Assembly: GCF_003790525.1 (NCBI RefSeq)
Contig: NZ_CP033635.1
Source: Escherichia coli
Lineage (GTDB): Bacteria > Pseudomonadota > Gammaproteobacteria > Enterobacterales > Enterobacteriaceae
Length of the DNA stretch: 64,000 nt
Reading direction: 5' to 3' (one strand)
Below are positions 37,706-57,592 of the stretch, in pieces. Position numbers and translations under genes: made by a program. Position 1 is the first letter of the stretch, and the number at the start of each line of letters is the position of its first letter. Under the pieces are notes generated by a model. That model made no database searches. It was not told where the DNA came from and worked only from the letters and a program-made list of their open reading frames with translations.

Positions 37706-38509
37706 TTATGCTGGCAACGGTCCGTTTTGTATAGGGACCGTTGCCTTACTTTTTAAATGTTCCATCGCGGCGATGCATACTGACTCATATTGAAACAGAT
37801 CGTCAGCGAAAAAAATGGCCAACTTATCAATACATTCCTGGCTCAATGAATGTGCCTGTAGCGAGAAGCTTAAAACCTCATACCCGAGACGTTTTCTAAG
37901 TGAACTATCTGAAATACTCATAATATCTTCAAGCACACCATTTCCCATTCCCGGAAGATTTAGTGGATTAAAAAGAAGACTGATATTAAGCATTGATATT
38001 ATCGAAGGAAACTTTAGGAGACTCTCATTTTTTTGAATCGCAGCAAAAATGCTCCCGACAGGATGTATATAATTTTGTTCATAGTATATAGTCCTTAAAT
38101 AGTGAATAACCAACCTGTTTTTTATATTGATCAAATTGGTCATTTTTTCTGGGCGAAATACAGAAGTGACATCCATTCCAATAAAATCTTTATTTATACC
38201 TCTTATCCGAATTTCACTACCATAAAGATTATTAATTATTACTCTATATTTAACATTGTCCTGCAGATATGTATCAAAACTAAGTGCTGGCGCTCCTGGC
38301 TTTGAGGCATCATAGTTAATGTTAGACATATAGGCAATCATATAATTAAAGTTTGATTCTGCTATTTCATCGCAGTCACATTGACCCGTTGATATAAAGA
38401 AAGTGAGTGCTGTCATAGTAGACTGCAGCCTTTCTTTAAAAGAGTCGAAAGCCAGGCTTTTAATATTTAAATCACCATAATTACTCTGTATTAAGTTTGT
38501 AGAAAGCAT
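37706..38509 (-). CDS. ydjO: Uncharacterized protein YdjO (AT-rich gene)
   Basis: Track ORF 271 aa; trimmed to the second Met (MLSTNLIQSNYGDLNIK...) for 267 aa. About 35% GC. Confidence 0.8.
   Translation of the reverse strand: MLSTNLIQSNYGDLNIKSLAFDSFKERLQSTMTALTFFISTGQCDCDEIAESNFNYMIAYMSNINYDASKPGAPALSFDTYLQDNVKYRVIINNLYGSEIRIRGINKDFIGMDVTSVFRPEKMTNLINIKNRLVIHYLRTIYYEQNYIHPVGSIFAAIQKNESLLKFPSIISMLNISLLFNPLNLPGMGNGVLEDIMSISDSSLRKRLGYEVLSFSLQAHSLSQECIDKLAIFFADDLFQYESVCIAAMEHLKSKATVPIQNGPLPA
37712..37750 (+). terminator. tcyP (ydjN) terminator hairpin
   Basis: ggcaacggtcc-gttttgtatag-ggaccgttgcc followed by ttacttttt; it lies inside the 3' coding end of the convergent ydjO. Confidence 0.5.
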
Positions 38510-38797
38510 CTCCCGCCTCATATTGTTAACAAAATTATTATCTCATTTAAATCTAAGTCATTTACAATATAAGTTTAAGAGCGACGCCACAGGATGAACT
38601 ATCAAAAATAGCTCATCATGATTAGCAAAACTTAACCATTTTAAAATAAATAAACAATTAAAGAAAAAAGTTCACTTATTTATAGCAATAGATCGTCAAA
38701 GGCAGCTTTTTGTTACAGGTGGTTTGAATGAATGTAGCAATGAAATACAAAATTTCAGGCCATGTAACTCCCGGCAAAACCGGGAGGTACGTAATCT

Positions 38798-39040
38798 TTA
38801 CTCAGTCACTTCCCCTTCCTGGCGGATCTGATTTGCCCAACGCTGGGCGGATTCAGGCACAGTAAACGCCGGTGAGCGCATAAATGACTCCCCCATCAGT
38901 ACAAACGCAACATATTTGCCACGCAGCATCCAGACATCACGAAACGAATCCATCTTTATCGCATGTTCTGGCGGCGCGGGTTCCGTGCGTGGGATATAGC
39001 TAATAATCTGGCGGTTTTGCTGACGGAGCGGTTTCTTCAT
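38798..39040 (-). CDS. cedA: Cell-division modulator CedA
   Basis: Track ORF trimmed to MKKPLRQQNRQIISYIPRTEPAPPEHAIKMDSFRDVWMLRGKYVAFVLMGESF..., 80 aa. Confidence 0.88.
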   Translation of the reverse strand: MKKPLRQQNRQIISYIPRTEPAPPEHAIKMDSFRDVWMLRGKYVAFVLMGESFMRSPAFTVPESAQRWANQIRQEGEVTE

Positions 39041-39243
39041 TACTGGCTTCACTAAACGCATATTAAAAATCAGAAAAACTGTAGTTTAGCCGATTTAGCC
39101 CCTGTACGTCCCGCTTTGCGTGTATTTCATAACACCGTTTCCAGAATAGTTTCCGAAGCGGGATCTGGCTGGTGGTCTATAGTTAGAGGGTTTTTTGACC
39201 AAAACAGCGGCCCTTTCAGTAATAATTTAAGGAGACGAGTTCA

Positions 39244-41505
39244 ATGTCGCAACATAACGAAAAGAACCCACATCAGCACCAGTCACCACTACACGATTCC
39301 AGCGAAGCGAAACCGGGGATGGACTCACTGGCACCTGAAGACGGATCTCATCGTCCAGCGGCTGAACCAACACCGCCTGGTGCACAACCTACCGCCCCAG
39401 GGAGCCTGAAAGCCCCTGATACGCGTAACGAAAAACTTAATTCTCTGGAAGACGTACGCAAAGGCAGTGAAAATTATGCGCTGACCACTAATCAGGGCGT
39501 GCGCATCGCCGACGATCAAAACTCACTGCGTGGCGGTAGCCGTGGTCCAACGCTGCTGGAAGATTTTATTCTGCGCGAGAAAATCACCCACTTTGACCAT
39601 GAGCGCATCCCGGAACGTATTGTTCATGCACGTGGATCAGCCGCTCACGGTTATTTCCAGCCATATAAAAGCTTAAGCGATATTACCAAAGCGGATTTCC
39701 TCTCAGATCCGAACAAAATCACCCCAGTATTTGTACGTTTCTCTACCGTTCAGGGTGGTGCTGGCTCTGCCGATACCGTGCGTGATATCCGTGGCTTTGC
39801 CACCAAGTTCTATACCGAAGAGGGTATTTTTGACCTTGTTGGCAATAACACGCCAATCTTCTTTATCCAGGATGCGCATAAATTCCCTGATTTTGTGCAT
39901 GCGGTAAAACCAGAACCACACTGGGCAATCCCGCAGGGGCAAAGCGCTCACGACACCTTCTGGGATTATGTTTCCCTGCAACCGGAAACACTGCACAACG
40001 TAATGTGGGCGATGTCGGATCGTGGTATCCCGCGCAGCTACCGCACTATGGAAGGCTTTGGTATTCATACCTTCCGTCTGATTAACGCCGAAGGTAAAGC
40101 GACGTTCGTACGTTTCCACTGGAAACCACTGGCAGGTAAAGCCTCACTCGTTTGGGATGAAGCACAAAAACTAACCGGACGTGACCCGGACTTCCACCGC
40201 CGCGAGTTGTGGGAAGCGATTGAAGCCGGCGATTTTCCGGAATACGAACTGGGCTTCCAGTTGATTCCTGAGGAAGATGAATTTAAGTTCGACTTCGACC
40301 TTCTTGATCCAACTAAACTTATCCCGGAAGAACTGGTGCCCGTTCAGCGTGTCGGCAAAATGGTGCTCAATCGCAATCCGGATAACTTCTTTGCCGAAAA
40401 CGAACAAGCAGCATTCCATCCAGGTCATATTGTTCCTGGTCTGGACTTCACCAACGATCCGCTGTTGCAGGGGCGTTTGTTCTCTTATACCGATACACAA
40501 ATCAGTCGTCTTGGCGGACCAAATTTCCATGAGATTCCGATTAACCGCCCGACCTGCCCTTACCATAATTTCCAGCGTGACGGCATGCATCGTATGGGGA
40601 TCGACACTAACCCGGCGAATTATGAACCGAACTCGATCAACGATAACTGGCCGCGCGAAACACCGCCGGGGCCGAAACGCGGCGGTTTTGAATCATACCA
40701 GGAGCGCGTGGAAGGCAATAAAGTTCGCGAGCGCAGCCCATCGTTTGGCGAATATTATTCCCATCCGCGTCTGTTCTGGCTAAGTCAGACGCCATTCGAG
40801 CAGCGCCATATTGTCGATGGTTTCAGTTTTGAGTTAAGCAAAGTAGTTCGTCCGTATATTCGTGAGCGCGTTGTTGACCAGCTGGCACATATTGATCTCA
40901 CTCTGGCCCAGGCGGTGGCGAAAAATCTCGGTATCGAGCTGACGGACGACCAGCTGAATATCACCCCGCCTCCGGACGTCAACGGTCTGAAAAAGGATCC
41001 ATCCTTAAGTTTGTACGCCATTCCTGACGGTGATGTGAAAGGTCGCGTGGTAGCGATTTTACTTAATGATGAAGTGAGATCGGCAGACCTTCTGGCCATT
41101 CTCAAGGCGCTGAAGGCCAAAGGCGTTCATGCCAAACTGCTCTACTCCCGAATGGGTGAAGTGACTGCGGATGACGGTACGGTGCTGCCTATAGCCGCTA
41201 CATTTGCCGGAGCGCCTTCGCTGACGGTCGATGCGGTTATTGTCCCTTGCGGCAATATCGCGGATATCGCTGACAACGGCGATGCCAACTACTACCTGAT
41301 GGAAGCCTACAAACACCTTAAACCGATTGCGCTGGCAGGAGACGCGCGCAAGTTTAAAGTAAGAATCAAGGTCGCTGATCAGGGTGAAGAAGGGATTGTG
41401 GAAGCTGACAGCGCCGATGGTAGTTTTATGGATGAACTGTTAACGCTGATGGCAGCACACCGCGTGTGGTCACGCATTCCTAAGATTGACAAAATTCCGG
41501 CGTAA
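39244..41505 (+). CDS. katE: Catalase HPII
   Basis: 753-aa ORF ([36 protein letters not shown]...) with large-subunit catalase core motifs (RERIPERVVHARG-like, ..FDHERIPER..). Confidence 0.97.
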   Translation: MSQHNEKNPHQHQSPLHDSSEAKPGMDSLAPEDGSHRPAAEPTPPGAQPTAPGSLKAPDTRNEKLNSLEDVRKGSENYALTTNQGVRIADDQNSLRGGSRGPTLLEDFILREKITHFDHERIPERIVHARGSAAHGYFQPYKSLSDITKADFLSDPNKITPVFVRFSTVQGGAGSADTVRDIRGFATKFYTEEGIFDLVGNNTPIFFIQDAHKFPDFVHAVKPEPHWAIPQGQSAHDTFWDYVSLQPETLHNVMWAMSDRGIPRSYRTMEGFGIHTFRLINAEGKATFVRFHWKPLAGKASLVWDEAQKLTGRDPDFHRRELWEAIEAGDFPEYELGFQLIPEEDEFKFDFDLLDPTKLIPEELVPVQRVGKMVLNRNPDNFFAENEQAAFHPGHIVPGLDFTNDPLLQGRLFSYTDTQISRLGGPNFHEIPINRPTCPYHNFQRDGMHRMGIDTNPANYEPNSINDNWPRETPPGPKRGGFESYQERVEGNKVRERSPSFGEYYSHPRLFWLSQTPFEQRHIVDGFSFELSKVVRPYIRERVVDQLAHIDLTLAQAVAKNLGIELTDDQLNITPPPDVNGLKKDPSLSLYAIPDGDVKGRVVAILLNDEVRSADLLAILKALKAKGVHAKLLYSRMGEVTADDGTVLPIAATFAGAPSLTVDAVIVPCGNIADIADNGDANYYLMEAYKHLKPIALAGDARKFKVRIKVADQGEEGIVEADSADGSFMDELLTLMAAHRVWSRIPKIDKIPA

Positions 41506-41513
41506 ATATGGAT

Positions 41514-41541
41514 AAGGTCACGCCCCCTGGGGAGTGACCTT
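41514..41541. terminator. Bidirectional terminator hairpin between katE and chbG
   Basis: aaggtcacgcccc-ctg-ggggagtgacctt, a 13-bp stem with one mismatch. Confidence 0.5.
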
Positions 41542-41551
41542 ACCACCTTAC

Positions 41552-42313
<762 letters not shown>

Positions 42314-43666
42314 TTAATGTGCTTTTTTAAGCTCTGCGATGCAGTCGGCAAAATTTGGCAACCATTTCTCGTGCGCCAGAATCATCTCGCGTGCCAGCAG
42401 CTCAGCATCGCGATCGGAATGCACCAACGGACTAAGGTTTAGGGCCAGTAACACATCGTTAAACTCTCCGCTAAGTGCGGCGTTGCTGGCAGCAATCTCG
42501 AAGCTTTTAATGGTGTGAATCAGCCCCATCACTTTATCATCGAAATGCGTAATGCGCGGATGTGGCGTCGCGCCATCGCGCCCCAGCGTACAGGTCATTT
42601 CTACCGCCCAGTCTGCCGGAATATTATCAATATGCCCATGATGCGGGATATTAACGTAATGTTCAGCTTGCTTGTCGTTGTAGATAGCGTTGATCACTTC
42701 GCATGCAGCATCAGAGTAATAAGCCCCACCGCGCTGTTCCAGTTCTTTCGGCTTAACTTTCAACTCCGGGTTTTTATACAGCTCAAAAAGTTGTTTCTCG
42801 ACTTTCTGTACTACCTGCGCTCGTGCGCCGCCTTTGTAGTATTCGCCCATTTCAATAGCCAGCATCTCTTTTTGCTTGAAGTAATAAAGCAAATAAGAAC
42901 ACGGCAACAGATTCAGAGAACGAATTAAGCCTTCGCTAAATGGCAGATCGAAAATATTTTTAACGCCAGATGCTTTTAACTGCCCGGATGCCACACCATC
43001 AAGCAATTCGGCAAAGCGTGATTTGCCATTTACCAGCACATCTTTAATGAACACCATATGGTTGAGGCCGAACAGATCGATAGATAAATCATCGCTGTCT
43101 TTCAGCATCAGAACATCGCGAATAAACATCTTCATGCCGATCGGAATATTACACACGCCGATAAAGCGTTTAAATCCAGTATGACGATAAACGGCTTCAG
43201 TGACCATTCCCGCCGGGTTAGTGAAATTAATCACCCATGCATTCGGACAAAGTTCTTCGACATCTTTTACGATGTCAAAAATCACCGGAATGGTACGCAG
43301 ACCTTTAAACAGGCCGCCCGCGCCGTTGGTTTCCTGACCAAGATAACCATGACTTAATGGAATACGTTCATCCAGTTCGCGCGCCGGTAATTGGCCTACG
43401 CGCAGTTGGGTAGTAACGAAATCAGCATCTTTCAATGCTTCGCGGCGATCCAGCGTTTTATAAAGCTTCATCGGGACGCCAGCGTTATCAATCATCCGTT
43501 GGCAGAGATCAAAAATAATATCCAGTTTCTCTTTACCATCTTCGACATCCACCAGCCATAATTCGCTGACCGGCAATTCGTGATAACGCTTAATAAATCC
43601 TTCCAGTAACTCCGGGGTATAGCTGCTCCCGCCACCAATAGTGACGACTTTTAATTTCTGGCTCAT
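42314..43666 (-). CDS. chbF: 6-phospho-beta-glucosidase (glycoside hydrolase family 4)
   Basis: Track ORF trimmed to MSQKLKVVTIGGGSSYTPELLEG..., 450 aa. Confidence 0.95.
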   Translation of the reverse strand: MSQKLKVVTIGGGSSYTPELLEGFIKRYHELPVSELWLVDVEDGKEKLDIIFDLCQRMIDNAGVPMKLYKTLDRREALKDADFVTTQLRVGQLPARELDERIPLSHGYLGQETNGAGGLFKGLRTIPVIFDIVKDVEELCPNAWVINFTNPAGMVTEAVYRHTGFKRFIGVCNIPIGMKMFIRDVLMLKDSDDLSIDLFGLNHMVFIKDVLVNGKSRFAELLDGVASGQLKASGVKNIFDLPFSEGLIRSLNLLPCSYLLYYFKQKEMLAIEMGEYYKGGARAQVVQKVEKQLFELYKNPELKVKPKELEQRGGAYYSDAACEVINAIYNDKQAEHYVNIPHHGHIDNIPADWAVEMTCTLGRDGATPHPRITHFDDKVMGLIHTIKSFEIAASNAALSGEFNDVLLALNLSPLVHSDRDAELLAREMILAHEKWLPNFADCIAELKKAH

Positions 43667-43769
43667 AATTTCTCCCTTCAGTACAGAATACTGATATCTG
43701 GCATATCTGCCCCCCGGACATAAATAATCCAGCAACAGGACAGATATGTGAATTGTCAGGTATAACGAC

Positions 43770-44612
43770 TTACTGATTAAATTCAGTCAATTTCTTACGA
43801 TAGCTCTTAGGCGTAAAGGACGTTAATTTCTTAAACGTTTTAATAAACAAACTCGGGCTACTATAACCGGCCTCAAACGCAACATCCGTCACTGAATAGT
43901 TGGTCATTTCCAGTTGTTTTTTGGCAAAATTAATACGGATTTCATTAATAATCTGCATTGGCGTTTTGCCATAATATCGTTGAGTCGCTCGCGTCAAATA
44001 TTCCTGTGATTTGGCTGACAACGTCACCATATTCTCCAGTGCCGATTCACTAAACTGCTCTTTATCATGCATCTTTTCTACCGTACTTTTCAGCCACTGC
44101 GGTACATCATCAATCACCTGTTCTTCGCGGTAATGACGTAAACGGTTAATGACATAAAAAGTAACCATCTCAACAAACTCTTCCAGCCCTGTTTCGCGGA
44201 AATTCAATGAAGAAATCACTGTTTCCACATAGGTGAGAAAAGCGTTATTGGTCCGGTATACCTGCGAAGCAACAAAGCAATAAGGCAACAACGGCAGGTA
44301 ATGCTGCTCAAAAAAGCGTTTACTGATCCCAACGTTCAATATGCGCGTGGCACCAAACTCATAAAAACTTTGATGGTGCGAACCTAACGGAATAAAAACA
44401 AAATCGCCCCGTTCCAGTAACACGCGCTTACCGTTAATCTCCTGGAAATAACGCCCGGTTAATACCAGAGTAAATTCATAATAGTCGTGCTGATGCAGTC
44501 CGCTGATACTCTCAGTTTTGTTGTAGATAAACACATGGAAGTTTTTGCCATTAAACAACTGCTGTTCTCGGGCAGTGGCAATTTCCGGCGCGTTAATCAT
44601 TGGCTGCATCAT
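43770..44612 (-). CDS. chbR: AraC-family chb operon regulator
   Basis: 280-aa ORF with a C-terminal AraC HTH. Confidence 0.93.
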   Translation of the reverse strand: MMQPMINAPEIATAREQQLFNGKNFHVFIYNKTESISGLHQHDYYEFTLVLTGRYFQEINGKRVLLERGDFVFIPLGSHHQSFYEFGATRILNVGISKRFFEQHYLPLLPYCFVASQVYRTNNAFLTYVETVISSLNFRETGLEEFVEMVTFYVINRLRHYREEQVIDDVPQWLKSTVEKMHDKEQFSESALENMVTLSAKSQEYLTRATQRYYGKTPMQIINEIRINFAKKQLEMTNYSVTDVAFEAGYSSPSLFIKTFKKLTSFTPKSYRKKLTEFNQ

Positions 44613-44619
44613 CGACTCC

Positions 44620-44970
44620 TTATGCCTTCAGTTTTTCATGAAGCTCAATTAATTCAGTAATCAGTTCACGCGCAAGCATGGACGTCATTAAATGATCCTG
44701 AGCGTGGACCAGCACCAGACTCACTTTCATCTTACCTTCGCCCGCATCGCCTTCAATCAGTTTCGTCTGTACCAGATGCGCTTCATTCAATGCCATCCGT
44801 GACTGATCCATCATGGCTTTTGCTGCGGCAAAATCGCCCTGCTTCGCCTGTTTCAGTGCCGCATACGCCAGGCTGCGCGCTTGTCCGGAGTTGATGATAA
44901 GCCCCATCACCACTTCTTCCAGCTCTTCAGCTTCTGTTTGCGTATCGGGAATGTTATCGAGATCCATCAT
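44620..44970 (-). CDS. chbA: PTS chitobiose-specific EIIA
   Basis: 116-aa ORF ([33 protein letters not shown]...) of the lactose/cellobiose EIIA family. Confidence 0.93.
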   Translation of the reverse strand: MMDLDNIPDTQTEAEELEEVVMGLIINSGQARSLAYAALKQAKQGDFAAAKAMMDQSRMALNEAHLVQTKLIEGDAGEGKMKVSLVLVHAQDHLMTSMLARELITELIELHEKLKA

Positions 44971-45020
44971 ACATCGTTCCTCTCTTTTCTTACCGGCACG
45001 ATTACCCGTACCGGCATCGA

Positions 45021-46379
45021 TTAAAATTTCAGGGCGTTAGCGATATCTTCTTCGCTCTCTTCTTTATCAATCGCGTTTTGTGCTTTGTTAGCGACCACAA
45101 CAAAGGGCAGATAAATTAACGTTGCGATACCAAGGTTGAAGAGTGCGACCAGCAATGCGGCGACGCTACCGTTGGTGTTAAAGAAGGCTCCCAGACCGGT
45201 TGGCATGGTCCACGGTGCAATATTGGTCACCGGAGGAATAATGCCCATGTAGTACGCTGCGAGGGTGATTGCCGCCAGAATCGGTTGTACCAGTACAAAC
45301 GGGATAAACATCACCGGGTTCATGATAATTGGCAGACCAAACAGAATCGGTTCGTTAATCTGGAAGATGCCGGACGGCAGCGCCAGTTTTGCCACCTGAC
45401 GATAATCAGCACGGCGAGAGGCGATAAAGATAGCCAGGATCAGACCTAAAGTCGCACCACTGCCCCCAAGGAAAATAAAGGAGTCCAGCATCGGCTTGGC
45501 CCAGATATGGAAGGTCTTACCGGCTGCCAGCGCCGCTTCGACGGAACCATATTGCTGATAGGTCGCGATATTTTCCAGCGCCCAAGGCGTCATAATGCCG
45601 TTGTCCAGTGCGGTCAGCGCCAGCGCACCATGAATACCGAAGAACCAGAGCAGTGGAACAAAGATCACATAGGCCCAGCCCACCACACTACCCAACGATG
45701 CCAGTGGGGTTGAGATGGTATCCATAATGATCTGATGGAAGTTGGTGCCCCAGGTATTCAACGCCCAGGCAATAATCCCCATCACGGAAAGAATAATAAA
45801 GCCGGGAATTAAAGCCGAGAAGGAACGCGATACTGAAGCAGGTACGCTATCGGGCAATTTAATGACCCAATTGCGGCGGACAATAAAGGTAAACATTTCT
45901 GCCACCACCAGGCCAATAATAATCCCGGAGATGATATTCGCCCCACCTAACCAGTTTGCGCCAACCGCATAGGCCTCACCGACACTATATGGGGTGACGG
46001 TCATAAATGCTGCAACGGATAACAACCCGGCCGCCAGCGCATCGACTTTACGCTCTTCTGCCAGCGCCATGCCAATAAAGAACGGTGCCATTAAAGACAT
46101 TATCCCTAATGTTCCGTTATATACGTTGCCGCCAATACCTTTCAGACCATTAAGTGTTTCAATGGTTGAGGCATCCAGGCGAATACCTAAGGAATAAAAA
46201 AACGACCCCTCCCCAAAGCTTAGAAAAACGTTGTTAATTAATACAAACATGGCCCCCGCAAGGGTTAACGGCATTAAGCGAATAAAGCCATTTTTGATTG
46301 CATTAACGTGTGGCTGCTTTCCTATTTTAACTGCAAAAGGGAGGAGTACCTTTTCAAGCGATGCAATAACATTACTCAT
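45021..46379 (-). CDS. chbC: PTS chitobiose-specific EIIC permease
   Basis: 452-aa polytopic ORF. Confidence 0.95.
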
Positions 46380-46463
46380 AGAAAAATACCCTTAAAAACC
46401 GCAATTTAAATATTGCGGTATTGATTTATGAAATAACTCTTTGACGGGAAAATTTAAAATAAA

Positions 46464-46784
46464 TTAATTTGCTGCGGCTTTTTTAATCGCTGCAACCGCA
46501 GCCTTAAGCACGCCTAAACCATCGACTTTGCCATAAAGCAGCGAGTCAATTACTTCAACCGGTTTGTTGGGTAACAAACGCTGGATTTCGGGCAACATAT
46601 AAGCAATCTGCGGCCCTAATAACACGACATCGGCATTCTGACCTTTTTCACCAGCCAGTGTTTCCGGAAATGCTTCAATAATGACCGGAACTTCATATTT
46701 TTCTGCCTGTGCGCGCATTTTTGATACCAGTAAAGAGGTAGACATGCCCGCAGAACAAAACAGATAAATGTGTTTCTTTTCCAT
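46464..46784 (-). CDS. chbB: PTS chitobiose-specific EIIB
   Basis: Track ORF trimmed to [26 protein letters not shown]..., 106 aa, with the phospho-Cys motif. Confidence 0.93.
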   Translation of the reverse strand: MEKKHIYLFCSAGMSTSLLVSKMRAQAEKYEVPVIIEAFPETLAGEKGQNADVVLLGPQIAYMLPEIQRLLPNKPVEVIDSLLYGKVDGLGVLKAAVAAIKKAAAN

Positions 46785-47023
46785 AAAACTGCCCTCATCG
46801 ACGATTATCTGTAAGCCAGACACTCCGCAAGCCTTAACCTGCTTCCATGCTCTGGGTAACTTGCGAAACCAACATGACTTTTTTTGTGGCTGAAAGGAGT
46901 ATACGGTATAGACCTGAGCAATAGTATTTCTTTGACCTTATAAATTGTCTCTCCTTGACCTGCGGTTATGACCCTCTTCACATTTCGGGCAAATAATTCG
47001 CGAAGATAATTAAGAACTCAGGC

Positions 47024-47052
47024 CAAAAAAAACCGGCACAATGGCCGGTTTC
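47024..47052 (-). terminator. osmE rho-independent terminator
   Basis: The minus strand reads aaccggcc-attg-tgccggtt followed by ttttttttt, just 3' of osmE. Confidence 0.55.
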
Positions 47053-47082
47053 CGTTGTAACTCAAGCTTTCAGGCGAAGTGA

Positions 47083-47421
47083 TTACTTCGCAGCCTGTGG
47101 ATCAGTGTCGTATTCAGCACAGGTCTGATAACCGGAGTTGATGACATGTCCGGTATCATCTAACGCGACAAAGTAGGTTTCTGCTTTACCATCACGTTGA
47201 CCCAGGATGTAGGTCTGGCAAGTACCACGAGCATGGATCATGCTCACTTCAGACGAAGGTTTACCCGCAATTTGTGCAACCTGCGCCCGGCTCATGCCTT
47301 TTTTGACGTCTTTCACCACAGGCTGTACAAACTGGTCTTTGGTACGATCATAAGCCGTACAACCCGCCAGCATGGTTAATACCGCCGCTGCACTCAGAAT
47401 TCCTGCCATATTCTTGTTCAT
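47083..47421 (-). CDS. osmE: Osmotically inducible lipoprotein E
   Basis: 112-aa ORF with lipoprotein signal (..[11 protein letters not shown]..). Confidence 0.9.
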
Positions 47422-47622
47422 ATTCCGTCCTCTTGTTTATCAGCGTGTTAGATAAGCCTGGAATACATTGGGCGCTTTTTCAAGCCCGTGAACGAAACGG
47501 CTCCGCTTTCAGAGGATTCCTGTATGACGTTTTAACCACCATTCAGCCCGCTGTCGCTTGTCGTTTCAGTAGCAACGGGTTAGCTTTAAGGAAGTTTTGT
47601 CTTTTCTGTCTGGAGGGGTTCA

Positions 47623-48450
47623 ATGACATTGCAACAACAAATAATAAAGGCGCTGGGCGCAAAACCGCAGATTAATGCTGAAGAGGAAATTCGTCGTAGT
47701 GTCGATTTTCTGAAAAGCTACCTGCAAACTTATCCGTTCATTAAATCACTGGTGCTAGGTATCAGCGGCGGTCAGGACTCCACGCTTGCCGGTAAGCTGT
47801 GCCAGATGGCGATTAATGAACTGCGCCAGGAGACCGGCAACGAATCACTGCAATTTATTGCCGTACGCCTGCCCTATGGTGTTCAGGCCGACGAACAAGA
47901 TTGCCAGGATGCCATTGCCTTTATTCAACCGGATCGCGTATTAACCGTTAATATCAAGGGCGCGGTATTGGCCAGCGAACAGGCGCTGCGCGAAGCGGGT
48001 ATTGAATTAAGTGATTTTGTCCGTGGCAATGAAAAAGCGCGTGAGCGGATGAAAGCACAATATAGCATTGCGGGTATGACCAGCGGTGTCGTGGTGGGCA
48101 CCGATCATGCAGCAGAAGCCATTACCGGATTCTTCACTAAATATGGTGACGGCGGTACGGACATTAATCCACTGTATCGTCTCAACAAACGTCAGGGTAA
48201 ACAGTTACTGGCAGCATTAGGTTGCCCGGAACACCTTTATAAGAAAGCCCCAACTGCCGATCTGGAAGATGATCGCCCTTCTCTGCCAGATGAAGTGGCA
48301 CTCGGCGTGACCTATGACAATATCGACGACTATCTGGAAGGGAAAAACCTACCTGAACAGGTCGCCAGAACAATAGAGAACTGGTATCTGAAAACTGAAC
48401 ATAAACGCCGTCCGCCAATTACCGTTTTCGATGATTTCTGGAAGAAGTAA
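47623..48450 (+). CDS. nadE: NH3-dependent NAD+ synthetase
   Basis: 275-aa ORF with the PP-loop motif ([10 protein letters not shown]). Confidence 0.97.
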   Translation: MTLQQQIIKALGAKPQINAEEEIRRSVDFLKSYLQTYPFIKSLVLGISGGQDSTLAGKLCQMAINELRQETGNESLQFIAVRLPYGVQADEQDCQDAIAFIQPDRVLTVNIKGAVLASEQALREAGIELSDFVRGNEKARERMKAQYSIAGMTSGVVVGTDHAAEAITGFFTKYGDGGTDINPLYRLNKRQGKQLLAALGCPEHLYKKAPTADLEDDRPSLPDEVALGVTYDNIDDYLEGKNLPEQVARTIENWYLKTEHKRRPPITVFDDFWKK

Positions 48451-48492
48451 TAATTTGCACATATTGGTTTGTGCGAAAAAGAGTACTTTGTT

Positions 48493-48529
48493 CACGCCGG
48501 ATGCGGCGTGAACGCCTTATTCGACCTAC
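48493..48529. repeat. REP (repetitive extragenic palindromic) element
   Basis: cacgccggatgcggcgtgaacgccttattcgacctac matches the E. coli REP consensus (gccggatgcggcgtgaacgccttatccggcctac) with a few mismatches, in the nadE-cho intergenic region. Confidence 0.55.
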
Positions 48530-48679
48530 AAAACTATGCAAATTCAATATATTGCAGGAGTCGAATAGGCCTGACAGGCGTAGCACGTCAGACGGTGTAA
48601 CCTTTGTCATCGACCCGCCTCTTTTTTAATCGCTCTCCGCCTGTTACACTGGATAGATAACCAGCATTCGGAGTCAACA

Positions 48680-50180
<1,501 letters not shown>

Positions 50181-50215
50181 TTAGTGGCAATCAGGCTTTT
50201 TTTGCATCTGTTTGA

Positions 50216-50293
50216 GAACAAAAAAGAAAACCGCCGATCCTGTCCACCGCATTACTGCAAGGTAGTGGACAAGACCGGCGGTCTTAAGTTTTT
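50216..50293 (-). terminator. Long imperfect palindrome 3' of spy, probably the spy terminator or a REP-like element
   Basis: ccgccgatcctgtccacc...ggtagtggacaagaccggcgg interrupted stem flanked by an A-run (50216-50229) and a T-run (50286-50292). Confidence 0.4.
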
Positions 50294-50304
50294 TGGCTGA
50301 AAGA

Positions 50305-50790
50305 TTATTCAGCAGTTGCAGGCATTTTACCTTTTGCCGCTGGACGTTCTGTCAGACGCTTCTCAAAATTAGCATTAAATTGCTTTTTCTGTTCCGGCGT
50401 CAGGATGTTGTAAATCTTGTTCTGGGTTTCCATGTGCGCCAGCATGTTAGCTTTGCGCTGTTCTTCCATTTTTGCGATCTGCGCTTCAGCTTTTGCTTTA
50501 TCGAAGGTATCGCTGGCAATGATGTCATGCATTGCGCGGCGTTCTTCCAGCGGCGGACGTTTCATCTGGTCACGCTGGCCTTTCATGATTTCGCGGATCT
50601 GCTGTTTCTGCGCGTCGGTCAGGTTCAGGTCTTTGAACATCATGTCCTGATGCGGACCGAACTTGCCTTTGTGGTGCATCATCGGCTTCGCGTCAGCCGG
50701 TGCTGAGGTAGTGGTGTCTGCGGCATGGGCCAGGTTAGCCGCGCCAAGAGCCAGGGTAGAGGCAACAAACAGTGCAGTTAATTTACGCAT
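50305..50790 (-). CDS. spy: Periplasmic ATP-independent chaperone Spy
   Basis: 161-aa ORF (MRKLTALFVASTLALGAANLAHA...) with signal peptide and the LTDAQKQQIREIM motif. Confidence 0.95.
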   Translation of the reverse strand: MRKLTALFVASTLALGAANLAHAADTTTSAPADAKPMMHHKGKFGPHQDMMFKDLNLTDAQKQQIREIMKGQRDQMKRPPLEERRAMHDIIASDTFDKAKAEAQIAKMEEQRKANMLAHMETQNKIYNILTPEQKKQFNANFEKRLTERPAAKGKMPATAE

Positions 50791-51119
50791 ATTCTATATC
50801 CTTCCTTTCAGTTATTTATTACGGCTTTCTTAAGTAGCGTGCCGTGTTGACGAGATTAACTTTACTGACTTTAGCGTCAATTAATCAGAGCAACGGTAAA
50901 ACAATGAAAGTGTAAAAAACACTTTTTCGCCAATTATGGAGAAAAAAAGAAAATTTGATGGAGAGTAATGAGAGAATATTACAACACGATGATTTTGCAG
51001 AGATTATGAAGAACTATACCGGATGACTGGTGATAAATAAAGCAAATAACCAGGATTAATCTGTATTAATTTATAAGAAAGTAACTTAATACCCGCAGAA
51101 TGATTTCTGCGGGTAAGTA

Positions 51120-57183
<6,064 letters not shown>

Positions 57184-57217
57184 TTAATAATAAGTAATGT
57201 TTGCGCTGTAAATGTAG

Positions 57218-57233
57218 ATTGCAGGGTTCGTGC
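57218..57233 (-). promoter_or_regulatory. Candidate sigma-54 (-24/-12) promoter of astCADBE
   Basis: The minus strand reads tggcacgaaccctgca (TGGCAC-N5-cTGCA), about 70-85 bp upstream of astC. The ast operon is known to be NtrC/sigma-54 dependent. Confidence 0.5.
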
Positions 57234-57592
57234 CAGCCAGTGATAAAAGTGCATAAACGGCGGAGGCTAACTGGAAATCAAGCAGTTATAACCAAACCAT
57301 ATGCATTTAAAGTGCATATAAAGTGAATACGTTTGCGATGTGGGTGAATAAAAAGAATAAAAAACGCAATGTTATGCAGAAGTAAAATATAATTCTGGAA
57401 TTGTGATCATTGACGAAATTTACTGGAAATTACTGCGCCATTCTGACGCAACGCGCACCAAAAGCGGGCATTTTTTGCGCCATCGTTGACATCATTAACA
57501 ACCATCGATCAAATCACTTAACAACAGGCGGTAAGCAAAGCGAAATTCTGCTACCATCCACGCACTCTTTATCTGAATAAATGGCAGCGACT

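Noticed and set aside
46824-47023. NagC, ChbR and CAP sites of the chb promoter upstream of chbB
   Set aside because: The region is expected from the literature to contain them, but I could not place individual sites reliably without a matrix scan.
50791-51119. CpxR/BaeR binding sites in the spy promoter region
   Set aside because: GTAAA-containing motifs are present (gtaaaacaatgaaagtgtaaaa), but spacing and orientation could not be matched confidently to the consensus by eye, so no site is called.
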